From contig JBAXVG010000025.1 of assembly GCA_037129255.1 (NCBI GenBank), positions 120 through 64,119 of the forward strand: a stretch of 64,000 nt of DNA, in the 5' to 3' direction. The notes under the pieces were generated by a model that saw only the letters and a program-made list of their open reading frames with translations, had not been told where the DNA came from and did no database searches. The number at the start of each line of letters is the position of its first letter. Within the stretch, counting starts at the first letter, position 1. Origin of the DNA: Desulfuromonadales bacterium (GTDB taxonomy: Bacteria > Desulfobacterota > Desulfuromonadia > Geobacterales > Pseudopelobacteraceae). The translations under genes and the position numbers were made by a program. Shown one piece after another: positions 1 to 8,611 of the stretch.

Positions 1-44
1 CTTACCTGATGAGGCTTATTCTGCCGGAGGCAAAGGAGCTGCCG

Positions 45-734
45 ATGATTATTGACTGGAACAACATAGACACCGTGCTGCTTGACATGGATGGTACGCT
101 GCTGGATCGCCATTTTGACGACCACTTCTGGATGGAGCATGTTCCCAAGCACTGGGCAGCCCGTAACCATACCTCTATCGAACATGCCAAAGAGCATCTG
201 TACACCCTCTTCAGGTCCCAGGAGAACACTCTCAACTGGACTGATCTGGATTACTGGTCCGACCGGCTCAAACTCGACATCCCTCTGTTGAAGCGTGAAG
301 TTGAGCACCTGATCGCCGTCCATCCCTACGTCATTGAATTTCTCCTGTTCCTGAAGCAACACCGCAAAGCTGTCTGGCTGGTAACGAACGCCCACTCTAA
401 AACACTCGATCTCAAAATGAAAAGAACCCGTATCGGGCCATATTTTGACGGCACGATATCCGCCCACCAGGTTGGCCTGCCAAAAGAGGATGATCAATTC
501 TGGGGGCGACTACAGAATTTTATCCACTATAGTCCCGACCGGACCATGCTGGGAGAAGACAGCGAGGCTAACCTGGCTACGGCTGATCGCTTCGGAATCC
601 GTTACCTGATCTATATCAGCCGCTACAGCTCAAAGGTATTACCACGCCAATCCGAGAGATTCCCTACGATCGACTACTTTAACAGGCTGATTCCTGGAAA
701 AGAAAGCAGTTGCATAACAATCAGTTCGACGTAA
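45..734 (+). CDS. HAD-superfamily hydrolase (subfamily IA, nucleotidase/phosphatase-like)
   Basis: ORF 9..734. ATG at 45 is preferred because GGAG lies 6 nt upstream. HAD motif I DMDGTLLD sits near the N-terminus, followed by LVTNA and GEDSEAN motifs. Confidence 0.8.
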   Translation: MIIDWNNIDTVLLDMDGTLLDRHFDDHFWMEHVPKHWAARNHTSIEHAKEHLYTLFRSQENTLNWTDLDYWSDRLKLDIPLLKREVEHLIAVHPYVIEFLLFLKQHRKAVWLVTNAHSKTLDLKMKRTRIGPYFDGTISAHQVGLPKEDDQFWGRLQNFIHYSPDRTMLGEDSEANLATADRFGIRYLIYISRYSSKVLPRQSERFPTIDYFNRLIPGKESSCITISST

Positions 735-812
735 TGTTTCCATTGCCAGACCGGACATCACGGTATATGGTACCATGATAACTACGAACGATTATCAGGC
801 AGAGGAAATTTC

Positions 813-2207
813 ATGCGATTTAACGAATTGGTTCTTCCTGAACCGATACAGAGGGGCATCAGTGCGATCGGTTTCAGTGTCTGCACACCGATTCAGGAGC
901 AGACACTGCCACTCTCGCTCTCCGGTAAGGACGTCGCCGGCCAGGCCCAGACCGGTACAGGCAAGACGGCCGCCTTTCTGATAACCCTGTTTACCAGACT
1001 GTTGACCAGAAAAGCCACTACAGGCCATCCCAGAGCGTTGATCCTTGCTCCTACCCGCGAGCTGGTAGTCCAGATCGAGGCTGATGCCCAGCAACTGGGG
1101 GCGCACTGCGGTCTGGTGATTCAGGCCATTTACGGGGGCGTCGATTACATGAAACAGAAGAATGCCCTGCGTGATGGTGCTGATGTGATCGTCGGAACAC
1201 CGGGCCGCCTGATCGATTATCTCAAACAGAAAATTTACAGTCTGAAGGGTATCGAGGTGCTGGTAATCGATGAAGCCGACCGAATGTTTGATCTCGGATT
1301 CATCGCTGATCTGCGCTTTATTCTGCGTCGCCTGCCCCCCTTTGACCAGCGCCAGAACATGATGTTCTCCGCCACTCTCAATCAGCGTGTGATGGAATTG
1401 GCCTACGAATTTATGAACTCGCCGGTAAAGGTTTCGGTCTCCCCGGAGAAGATGACTGCCGAGCGGGTGGAACAGGTGCTGTACCACGTTTCACGTAAAG
1501 AAAAATTCCCGCTCTTGCTCGGTCTGTTGCGGCGTGACGGCATGGAGCGTACGATGATTTTCATCAACACCAAACGCGAAGCCGAACATCTGCATAACCT
1601 TCTGAATGCCAACGGGTTCCCCTGCCGGGTTATCTCCGGTGACGTCGAGCAGCGTAAACGGATGAAGATACTGGATGATTTCAAGGATGGCTCACTCCCG
1701 ATTCTGATCGCCACAGATGTGGCTTCACGCGGCCTTCATATCGAGGGGGTGTCTCATGTCATCAATTACGACCTGCCCCAGGATTGTGAGGATTACGTCC
1801 ACCGTATCGGCCGGACTGCCCGGGCCGGCGCCGAGGGGAAAGCCATTTCACTGGCCGATGAAGATGGGGCCTTTTTCATAGAAGATATTGAGGAATTCAT
1901 AAAACACAAGATTCCGACTGAATGGGCCGATGATGGCCTCTATGTTCCGGACTACGTGCGGGCAGCCAGGCCTAAGCGCGTTCAGGATGTCAAGCGCGAC
2001 AGGCCGGGGGTTGGTCGGGGAAGTGACAAGAGCCGTCGACCATCGGCGCGTCCGATAAAAACAGCAGCCCCTCATGGCGCCAGACCAGAACATGTTGCTC
2101 CGGCAACCGAGGTGAGTGGCGACAAGAAGAAGCGACGTCGCAGGCGAACAAAGAAACCGGATGGGGAACAGCAGGTTGTTGCACCGGAAGGACAGGATTT
2201 AATGTAA
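813..2207 (+). CDS. DEAD-box ATP-dependent RNA helicase
   Basis: Motif I AQTGTGKT, Ia PTRELV, II DEAD, III SAT, VI HRIGRTARAG. Basic C-terminal tail KKKRRRRRTKK. GAGG RBS upstream of the ATG. Confidence 0.9.
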   Translation: MRFNELVLPEPIQRGISAIGFSVCTPIQEQTLPLSLSGKDVAGQAQTGTGKTAAFLITLFTRLLTRKATTGHPRALILAPTRELVVQIEADAQQLGAHCGLVIQAIYGGVDYMKQKNALRDGADVIVGTPGRLIDYLKQKIYSLKGIEVLVIDEADRMFDLGFIADLRFILRRLPPFDQRQNMMFSATLNQRVMELAYEFMNSPVKVSVSPEKMTAERVEQVLYHVSRKEKFPLLLGLLRRDGMERTMIFINTKREAEHLHNLLNANGFPCRVISGDVEQRKRMKILDDFKDGSLPILIATDVASRGLHIEGVSHVINYDLPQDCEDYVHRIGRTARAGAEGKAISLADEDGAFFIEDIEEFIKHKIPTEWADDGLYVPDYVRAARPKRVQDVKRDRPGVGRGSDKSRRPSARPIKTAAPHGARPEHVAPATEVSGDKKKRRRRRTKKPDGEQQVVAPEGQDLM

Positions 2208-2351
2208 CACTTTAAAAAAACGAATCAGAAATTTATATCTCATCCCCTCTGCCTGCGATGAAACTCCGTTCAAAATTCACTTCAACAATCTGCACAAAAA
2301 TGAAAATTTTGAGGTATAGTGTCCGAAAAAAACCGAAGGAGGGGTATCGGC

Positions 2352-4109
2352 ATGTCATTTAACGGCGACCTGGAGCATTTTCCGCTTGTAGATATCATCC
2401 AGCTTTTACATATGACCAGCAAGACCGGAATCTTATATCTGAAGAGTCCGAAAGGTGAAAGCCAGCTGGTGTTTCATGAAGGCTACTTTGTCAGCGCCAA
2501 CCATCTGAATAACAGCGTGCGTATCGGTAAGGTCCTGGTTGATATGAAGGCTATTTCCGAAGAGCAACTGGAGCAGGCGCTGGCTGAACAGAAAAAAGCC
2601 GGAGAGACGCGTAAACCGCTGATCGCCACCCTCATCGAAAAAGGAACCATCGATAAAAACACCGCCTACAAAGGGCTTGAAACGTTGATTGAGTTGACCA
2701 TTGTCGAAGTCCTGACCTGGGCGACCGGCACCTTTACTCTTGATGTTGCTAAAGAATATGTTTCCGATGAATATCGCTATTTCCCGGAAAAGCTGCAACA
2801 GGAAATTCTGCTGAACGCCCAGGGAGTTCTGATGGATGCCCTGCGAATCTATGATGAAAAAATGCGGGACGGGACGTTAAGTAAAGTGTTCTTTTGCGAT
2901 GAGAGCACGGAGAATGAGGCCCCGCACATCAATACGGACAGCGATGGCCTGGATATTACCGCTGATCTGCTTGGCCTGGACGCCCTGGACACTATTTCCC
3001 GCTCAATCCCGGATGTGTTCATAGGCCTGAAAGATCAGGATCCTGTTGTAGAGCATCGGGAATTTGTCACCAGAGATCTTCAGGACGCCACCATTGAGCA
3101 ACAGAATCAGCTGGTATCCTGTTTGACGGGTATTTCGCGGGCAGATGCGTCTGTTGCCGGAGCACCGGTCACGGCAATCATCCTGCTGTCACAGAATGAA
3201 TTGTTGTCTCATGCCATATCTACGGTCTGCAGACACGAGAATCTGTTTGTCTTTGCCACAGATGAGGAAACCGGACTGGATATGATCATCGAGCAGTCTC
3301 TCGGAAAGGAGCTTCATCCTGTGCTGATCCTGGATATACCTCATGACAGCCAGGGGAAACAGGCGGTTGCACTTGTGCGCCAGAAGGCTTCAGCATACCC
3401 TCAGATATCGATTGTAATTGCGGCCTGCTGCCATACATGGCATGCAATCAGTATGGAGGCTCTGGGCGCCGGTACCCGCTCAATCATTCCCCGCCCCTGT
3501 CGTCAGTGCCATGGGGATTCGTATGTGACACAGATGATTGCCTTTCTTGCTTCACTGGGCGCATTCCTGAACACAATTCTGCCGGAGCCGCAACCTCACA
3601 TAGGGCAACTATTCATAACCAGCCTGCACCAGCTGAAAACGCTTTCGGAGCCGCCGGAAATTGCTCTGGTAATGCTAAATTTTGCTGCCGCTCAGTTTGA
3701 AAGAGCCATGACATTTGTTGTGGCGAAATCTGAGCTTATCGCCGAAAAATCCATTGGGATTACCTCCGGCAAATCAGTAGGTCCGACTGCTCCGCTCATG
3801 TTCAAAATTCCGCTCAACAAGCATTCCCTGCTTCAGGAGATCGTTGACAAAGGGCGCCTGTATTACGGACAGCGAAGCGATACGATTTTGACAACGGTCC
3901 TCTATAAGGAAATCGGTGCGCCCCGCAGCCCGAAAGCCTTGATTTTACCACTCGTCAGCCGGGGAAGAGTTATTGCTGTCACCTATGCCGACTACGGATC
4001 GAAGCCGGTTTCGCTGCCGCAGACCGGACTTCTGGAAGCGCTTGCACACTATGCCGGCGCCATGCTCGACAACGCCCTGTACCGTAATAAAATTGGAAAA
4101 ACAGCCTGA
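2352..4109 (+). CDS. DUF4388-domain protein with receiver-like and GAF-like domains
   Basis: AGGAGG lies 9 nt upstream of ATG 2352. The N-terminus GDLEHFPLVDIIQLLHMTSKTGILYL matches the DUF4388 signature, with an embedded GspE/MshE-N-like helical segment (GKVLVDMKAISEEQLEQALAEQKK..). The middle domain has a receiver-like beta-alpha pattern but IILLSQN replaces the DD pocket. The C-terminus looks GAF-like. Confidence 0.65.
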   Translation: MSFNGDLEHFPLVDIIQLLHMTSKTGILYLKSPKGESQLVFHEGYFVSANHLNNSVRIGKVLVDMKAISEEQLEQALAEQKKAGETRKPLIATLIEKGTIDKNTAYKGLETLIELTIVEVLTWATGTFTLDVAKEYVSDEYRYFPEKLQQEILLNAQGVLMDALRIYDEKMRDGTLSKVFFCDESTENEAPHINTDSDGLDITADLLGLDALDTISRSIPDVFIGLKDQDPVVEHREFVTRDLQDATIEQQNQLVSCLTGISRADASVAGAPVTAIILLSQNELLSHAISTVCRHENLFVFATDEETGLDMIIEQSLGKELHPVLILDIPHDSQGKQAVALVRQKASAYPQISIVIAACCHTWHAISMEALGAGTRSIIPRPCRQCHGDSYVTQMIAFLASLGAFLNTILPEPQPHIGQLFITSLHQLKTLSEPPEIALVMLNFAAAQFERAMTFVVAKSELIAEKSIGITSGKSVGPTAPLMFKIPLNKHSLLQEIVDKGRLYYGQRSDTILTTVLYKEIGAPRSPKALILPLVSRGRVIAVTYADYGSKPVSLPQTGLLEALAHYAGAMLDNALYRNKIGKTA

Positions 4110-4156
4110 ATTGATGTATGTTGCACATAACTTGACATTCAAAGTGAGGAATATGT

Positions 4157-5227
4157 ATGGACGCCAATGTTCTGCACCAGATTCTTGAAATTGCTTTCCA
4201 GCGAAAGGTCTCAGATCTCCATTTCGAAGTCGACAATCCACCTTTTTTCAGGGGGCGCGGTCAGCTGATCCGCGCCAAAATGCCCAATCTTACCGCAGCC
4301 GATACCAGATTCATCGCCGTTACCGTCCTTGAGCACAATGGTCGCCAGTTGGGCAATGACCTGAAAGAGTGCGATGCGTCGTATTCCCTGCCCTCCGGCG
4401 GACGTTTTCGGGTCAGCATTTTCAAACAGAAAGGGAATTACGGAATTGTCATGCGCGTTATTCCGCCTGTCATCGGATCTTTTGAAGACCTCAAACTGCC
4501 CCTGGTGCTGGCTGAAATTGCCCGTGCTCCCAACGGACTGATCCTGGTCACCGGTCCCACCGGTAACGGCAAATCTACTTCCCTGGCCTCGATGCTGCGG
4601 TACCTCAATGAGAACTTCAGCTATAACATCATTACCATCGAAGATCCGATAGAGTTTCTCTTCACATCTCAGAAGAGTTGCATCATTCAACGTGAAATCG
4701 GGATTGACACAGAAAGTTTCAGCGCCGCCCTCAAGGCGGCTCTGCGTATGGATCCGGATGTCATCATGGTGGGAGAGATGCGCGACAAGGAGACCATTGA
4801 TGCCTGCATCAAGGCTGCCGAAACGGGCCACCTGGTGCTTTCGACTCTTCACACGCAGGGTGCAGTCTCCACGATCAACCGGATGATCGGTCATTTTCCA
4901 CCCGAGACACAGGAGATAATGCGTCAAAGATTGGCAGACATCCTTGTCGCAACGGTTTCTCTCCGCCTGATCAAGGACAAATCGGGAGAAAGCGTCTTGC
5001 CGGTGGTAGAGATCATGCGTGCGACAACCACTATCCAGGCATGCATCCGCGAAGGCAGGCTGGACGAAATAGAAAAGCATATCGAGAATGGAGCCTCCCA
5101 GTATCAGATGCAGTCTCTTGACATGCATCTGCTTCAACTCTATCGACAGGACATGATTTCCATTGAAGATGCCAAGCGGCTGACGCATTCGATGGATTTT
5201 GAACGCAAACTGATGTTCGACAACTAG
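4157..5227 (+). CDS. pilT: PilT-family (type IV pilus retraction-type) hexameric ATPase
   Basis: Walker A GPTGNGKST, Walker B DVIMVGEMRD, His box TGHLVLSTLHT, and a PilT-type IQACIREGR motif. 356 aa, with a GAGG RBS. Confidence 0.85.
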   Translation: MDANVLHQILEIAFQRKVSDLHFEVDNPPFFRGRGQLIRAKMPNLTAADTRFIAVTVLEHNGRQLGNDLKECDASYSLPSGGRFRVSIFKQKGNYGIVMRVIPPVIGSFEDLKLPLVLAEIARAPNGLILVTGPTGNGKSTSLASMLRYLNENFSYNIITIEDPIEFLFTSQKSCIIQREIGIDTESFSAALKAALRMDPDVIMVGEMRDKETIDACIKAAETGHLVLSTLHTQGAVSTINRMIGHFPPETQEIMRQRLADILVATVSLRLIKDKSGESVLPVVEIMRATTTIQACIREGRLDEIEKHIENGASQYQMQSLDMHLLQLYRQDMISIEDAKRLTHSMDFERKLMFDN

Positions 5228-5243
5228 CCGCCATACCCGACAT

Positions 5244-6626
5244 ATGGAAAAGATTCTGATAATCGATGATGAAGCTTTTATTCGTGAAAACGTTTCCCGC
5301 ATACTCTGCGAGGACGGCTATCAGGTCTGTCAGGCTGCCAATGCTGCAGAGGCGCGTGAACTGGTGTCGGGAGGCGAGATTGATCTGGCGCTTCTTGACC
5401 TTAATCTGGGCGCCGAGAACGGTGCCGATGTCCTGAAAGTTCTTAAATCACTGGATCCGGAGCTGCTGGTTATCATAATTACCGGATTCGGCTCGGTTGA
5501 AAGTGCTGTGGATACCCTCAAGTCGGGTGCGTATCACTACATGAAAAAACCTTTCAAGGCAGACGCCTTGCGCGTTATTGTTAAACTTGCACTTCAGACA
5601 CAGACTCTCAAACGTGAGGTGCGCAACCTGAAACGGTCCGGAGGTTTTTCATCCGGTCGGACTCCGATGATAGGAAAAAGCAGCGCATTCAACGAGGTTA
5701 TCAAACAGGTCAAAGAGATTGCCCGCGTTCCGTCAACAGTGCTGGTTACCGGAGAGTCCGGAACAGGCAAGGAACTGGTGGCCAGGGCTATTCACGAACT
5801 ATCCGACCGGCGGGATGCGGCATTCGTCGCCATCAACTGCGCCTCGATACCTGCAACACTGCTGGAGAGTGAGCTTTTCGGTCATGAGAAGGGCTCGTTC
5901 ACCTCTGCCACCAGCCGTAAATCCGGCCTTTTTGAAGAAGCACATCACGGCGCTATTTTTCTGGACGAGATCGGAGAGATGGACATGTCCATGCAGGCCA
6001 AGCTTTTGCGGGTGCTGCAGGAACGCACTATCAGACGGGTCGGAGGTGTCAAGGATATTGCCATTGATGTGCGGGTCATCGCCGCCACTAATCGTAACCT
6101 GCAGGAAAAGATCTCGCTCGGCCACTTCCGGGAAGACCTGTATTACCGCCTGAATGTCTTTCCGATCCACATTCCGCCGCTCAGACAGCGCCGCGAGGAT
6201 ATCCCTGCACTGACGACCTGTTTTCTTGAAAGCTTCAGCCGTTCATTCAATCGCGACTTCAGCGGTGTATCACCCGACGCAACCCGCCTCATGACTGATT
6301 ACAGCTGGCCCGGCAACATCCGCGAGTTACGGAATGTGATCGAACGGATCTGCATTATGCATTCCGGCCCCACCCTTGTTCCGGATTATCTTCCCCAGGA
6401 GATACGAGGCGCACCATACCCGTCACGACTGTCCGCATCAACTGACGACACAATGCCGAATCTGGTGTTTGACAGCGGTCTGGATGCCGCCGTGGCCGAT
6501 TTCGAGCGGGCCATTATCAGGCGGGCGCTTGACAAGACCCGAACAAATGTTCTCCAGACCGCAACACTCCTCAAGATCCCCCGTGGTACCCTGCGCTACA
6601 AGATGGATAAATACGGCCTCTCCTGA
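5244..6626 (+). CDS. sigma-54-dependent response regulator (REC-AAA+-Fis HTH, NtrC/DctD family)
   Basis: Receiver ILIIDDE..LLDLNLG..KP. AAA+ Walker A GESGTGKE. Sigma-54 contact loop ELFGHEKGSFTSA. C-terminal HTH TATLLKIPRGTLRYKM. Confidence 0.9.
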   Translation: MEKILIIDDEAFIRENVSRILCEDGYQVCQAANAAEARELVSGGEIDLALLDLNLGAENGADVLKVLKSLDPELLVIIITGFGSVESAVDTLKSGAYHYMKKPFKADALRVIVKLALQTQTLKREVRNLKRSGGFSSGRTPMIGKSSAFNEVIKQVKEIARVPSTVLVTGESGTGKELVARAIHELSDRRDAAFVAINCASIPATLLESELFGHEKGSFTSATSRKSGLFEEAHHGAIFLDEIGEMDMSMQAKLLRVLQERTIRRVGGVKDIAIDVRVIAATNRNLQEKISLGHFREDLYYRLNVFPIHIPPLRQRREDIPALTTCFLESFSRSFNRDFSGVSPDATRLMTDYSWPGNIRELRNVIERICIMHSGPTLVPDYLPQEIRGAPYPSRLSASTDDTMPNLVFDSGLDAAVADFERAIIRRALDKTRTNVLQTATLLKIPRGTLRYKMDKYGLS

Positions 6627-6670
6627 ATGGCTGAATTCAGCCATACTCTGCTGGCTGTTTTCCGCCAGCA
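6627..6670 (+). promoter_or_regulatory. Two adjacent inverted repeats: candidate activator UAS and/or terminator of the upstream operon
   Basis: Perfect 18-nt palindrome ATGGCTGAATTCAGCCAT (6627..6644) starts directly after the regulator stop codon. It is followed by TGCTGGC-N8-GCCAGCA (6649..6670). The centres lie about 105-130 nt upstream of the -24 element. Confidence 0.35.
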
Positions 6671-6723
6671 ACTAGTAACAGTCAAACAGCTCCTCATAAC
6701 GTACGGGACACTCTTTCTTTTAA

Positions 6724-6736
6724 TATCATACTGTTA
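6724..6736 (+). promoter_or_regulatory. IHF-like site
   Basis: TATCATACTGTTA matches WATCAANNNNTTR at 12 of 13 positions. It lies between the palindromes and the -24/-12 promoter, in an AT-rich stretch. Confidence 0.3.
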
Positions 6737-6763
6737 GGAAAGCATTTCTTTCCCTTTGCATTT

Positions 6764-6779
6764 TGGCGCACTTGTTGCT
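6764..6779 (+). promoter_or_regulatory. sigma-54 (-24/-12) promoter upstream of dctP
   Basis: TGGCGC-ACTTG-TTGCT compared with consensus TGGCAC-N5-TTGCW. GG (6765-6766) and GC (6777-6778) are exactly 12 nt apart. About 95 nt upstream of the dctP ATG. Confidence 0.65.
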
Positions 6780-6874
6780 GATAGAACGAAGTTTTTGCAT
6801 TTGTTCAAGCAATATGTCAGTCAACTCTCGGAGTTTGCCCTGCACTCCGTACAAATTACCAAGGAGGAAGAAAG

Positions 6875-7888
6875 ATGAAACGTAACGGATTATTGAAGAG
6901 TCTGGTTATCGGCGCATGTGCACTGGCCCTGCCGTTAACCGCCCAGGCCGCCCCTGCACCCATCGTCATCAAGTTCAGTCATGTTGTCGCCCAGCAGACG
7001 CCCAAAGGTCAGGCCGCCGATTATTTCAAGAAAATTGCTGAAGAGCGTACCAAGGGGGCTGTCAAAATTGAGGTCTACCCGAACAGTCAGCTTTACAAGG
7101 ATAAGGAAGAGATGGAGGCCCTGCAACTGGGTGCTGTCCAGATGCTGGCCCCTTCACTGGCCAAATTTGCACCGCTTGGCGTAAAGGAATTTGAAGTATT
7201 TGACCTCCCGTTCATTTTTGATAGCTACCAGGAACTGCATAAGGTTACTCAGGGCCCTATCGGCGCCAAGCTTCTGGCAAAACTTGATGCAAAAGGCATC
7301 CACGGTCTTGCCTACTGGGATAACGGCTTTAAAGTGATGAGTGCCAACAAACCGATAAAATCAGTTGAGGATTTCAAAGGTCAGAAGATGCGCATCCAGT
7401 CATCCAAAGTACTTGATTCCCAGATGCGTTCCGTCAGCGCAATCCCACAGGTCATGGCTTTCTCCGAGGTTTATCAGGCGCTGCAGACCGGAGTCGTCAA
7501 TGGTACCGAAAACCCACCGTCAAACCTCTACACGCAGAAAATGCATGAGGTTCAGAAATACGTCACCCTCTCAGATCACGGCTATCTCGGTTATGCAGTC
7601 ATCGTAAACAAAAAGTTCTGGGCAGGCCTGCCTGCAGATATCCGCACCGCCCTTGAAGGCGCCATGAAGGACGCCACCAAATTTGCCAATGATGTGGCTA
7701 AAAAAGACAATGATGAAGCCCTCGCCGGTGTGAAAAAATCTGGCAAGTCACAATTGATTACCCTGACCCCTCAGGAAAAGGCCGCCTGGAAAAAAGCTAT
7801 GGACAAAGCTCACAAAGAGAATGTGAGCCGCATTGGCGCTGATATTGTCAAGGAAGTCTATGCTGTCACCGGATACACCTCCAACTGA
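6875..7888 (+). CDS. dctP: TRAP transporter substrate-binding protein (DctP family)
   Basis: AGGAGG RBS. Signal peptide ending LTAQA. DctP-family length and motifs (KFSHVV..PKG, YWDNGF). Followed by dctQ and dctM. Confidence 0.9.
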   Translation: MKRNGLLKSLVIGACALALPLTAQAAPAPIVIKFSHVVAQQTPKGQAADYFKKIAEERTKGAVKIEVYPNSQLYKDKEEMEALQLGAVQMLAPSLAKFAPLGVKEFEVFDLPFIFDSYQELHKVTQGPIGAKLLAKLDAKGIHGLAYWDNGFKVMSANKPIKSVEDFKGQKMRIQSSKVLDSQMRSVSAIPQVMAFSEVYQALQTGVVNGTENPPSNLYTQKMHEVQKYVTLSDHGYLGYAVIVNKKFWAGLPADIRTALEGAMKDATKFANDVAKKDNDEALAGVKKSGKSQLITLTPQEKAAWKKAMDKAHKENVSRIGADIVKEVYAVTGYTSN

Positions 7889-7905
7889 TCCGGCACACTC
7901 CATTT

Positions 7906-7936
7906 AAGGCCGCTTTATCTAAGCGGCCTTTTTATT
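7906..7936 (+). terminator. Intrinsic terminator/attenuator hairpin between dctP and dctQ
   Basis: AAGGCCGCTT-tatct-AAGCGGCCTT is a perfect 10-bp stem. It is followed by TTTTTATT. Confidence 0.7.
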
Positions 7937-7957
7937 GACCACACAGGAGCCATAATT

Positions 7958-8611
7958 ATGATGAAATACCTTGACCACGTGGAGGAATTTATCATTACCT
8001 TTCTCATGGGTGCGGCAACGCTGATAATTTTTTCCGCTATTATCCATCGTTTCCTAGCTGGACTGCCGATTCCTGGCCTGCAGGATCGACTGATCGCTTT
8101 TAACTTCAGCTGGGCTCAAGAGCTCTGCATCTACATGTTCGTCTGGATGGCCAAGTTCGGCGCCGCCTACGGTGTCCGCTCCGGCATCCACGTTGGTGTC
8201 GATGTGCTGGTCAACCGCCTACCTGATGAATGGCGGAAGAAGGGAGTTCTGGTCGCGATTGTCTGCGGCACTATCTTCACCGGCATCATAGGAACCCTGG
8301 GCGCCACATTTGTCTGGGAGAACGGCATGCATTACGCCGTGTACACCCTGGTGGGGATAGACGTCGGCGACGTGCCTCAAGGCCCTATTACCCCTGACCT
8401 GGAGTGGCCAACCTGGATAATCTACTCTGCCGTGCCGCTCGGTTCCTACCTGATGTGTTTCCGTTTCATGCAGGTTGGCTGGCGTTTCGTGCGGCTTGGA
8501 GAACTGCCCCACCATGACCATGCACACGTGGATGGCATCGAAGAAGAGATACTTGATCAACCAGGCATTTTACACGATGGAACCTTACATAAAGGAGGTT
8601 CAACGAAATGA
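7958..8611 (+). CDS. dctQ: TRAP transporter small permease (DctQ family)
   Basis: Four predicted TM helices and position between dctP and dctM. AGGAG RBS. Its stop overlaps the dctM start (ATGA). Confidence 0.85.
   Translation: MMKYLDHVEEFIITFLMGAATLIIFSAIIHRFLAGLPIPGLQDRLIAFNFSWAQELCIYMFVWMAKFGAAYGVRSGIHVGVDVLVNRLPDEWRKKGVLVAIVCGTIFTGIIGTLGATFVWENGMHYAVYTLVGIDVGDVPQGPITPDLEWPTWIIYSAVPLGSYLMCFRFMQVGWRFVRLGELPHHDHAHVDGIEEEILDQPGILHDGTLHKGGSTK

Noticed and set aside
9-44. Upstream ATG (position 9) for the HAD hydrolase, and similar N-terminal extensions in the ORF track. Examples are 11085, 19006, 21616, 29916, 32154, 34074, 34978, 46388, 52467, 55895, 58100, 58162 and 63733.
   Set aside because: In each case an internal ATG is preceded by a Shine-Dalgarno-like GGAG/GGAGG at 5-9 nt or abuts the upstream gene's stop. 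The extension also adds non-homologous residues.
4211-5302. 363-aa minus-strand ORF antisense to pilT. Similar long antisense ORFs occur at 795..1487, 20006..21094, 23600..24415, 43943..45115, 48794..49567, 53379..54167, 56580..57596 and 61182..62144.
   Set aside because: Each lies entirely inside a confidently assigned gene on the other strand. Each has an Arg/Gly/Pro/Ser-rich shadow-frame composition and no recognisable motif or RBS. They are typical antisense frames lacking stop codons.
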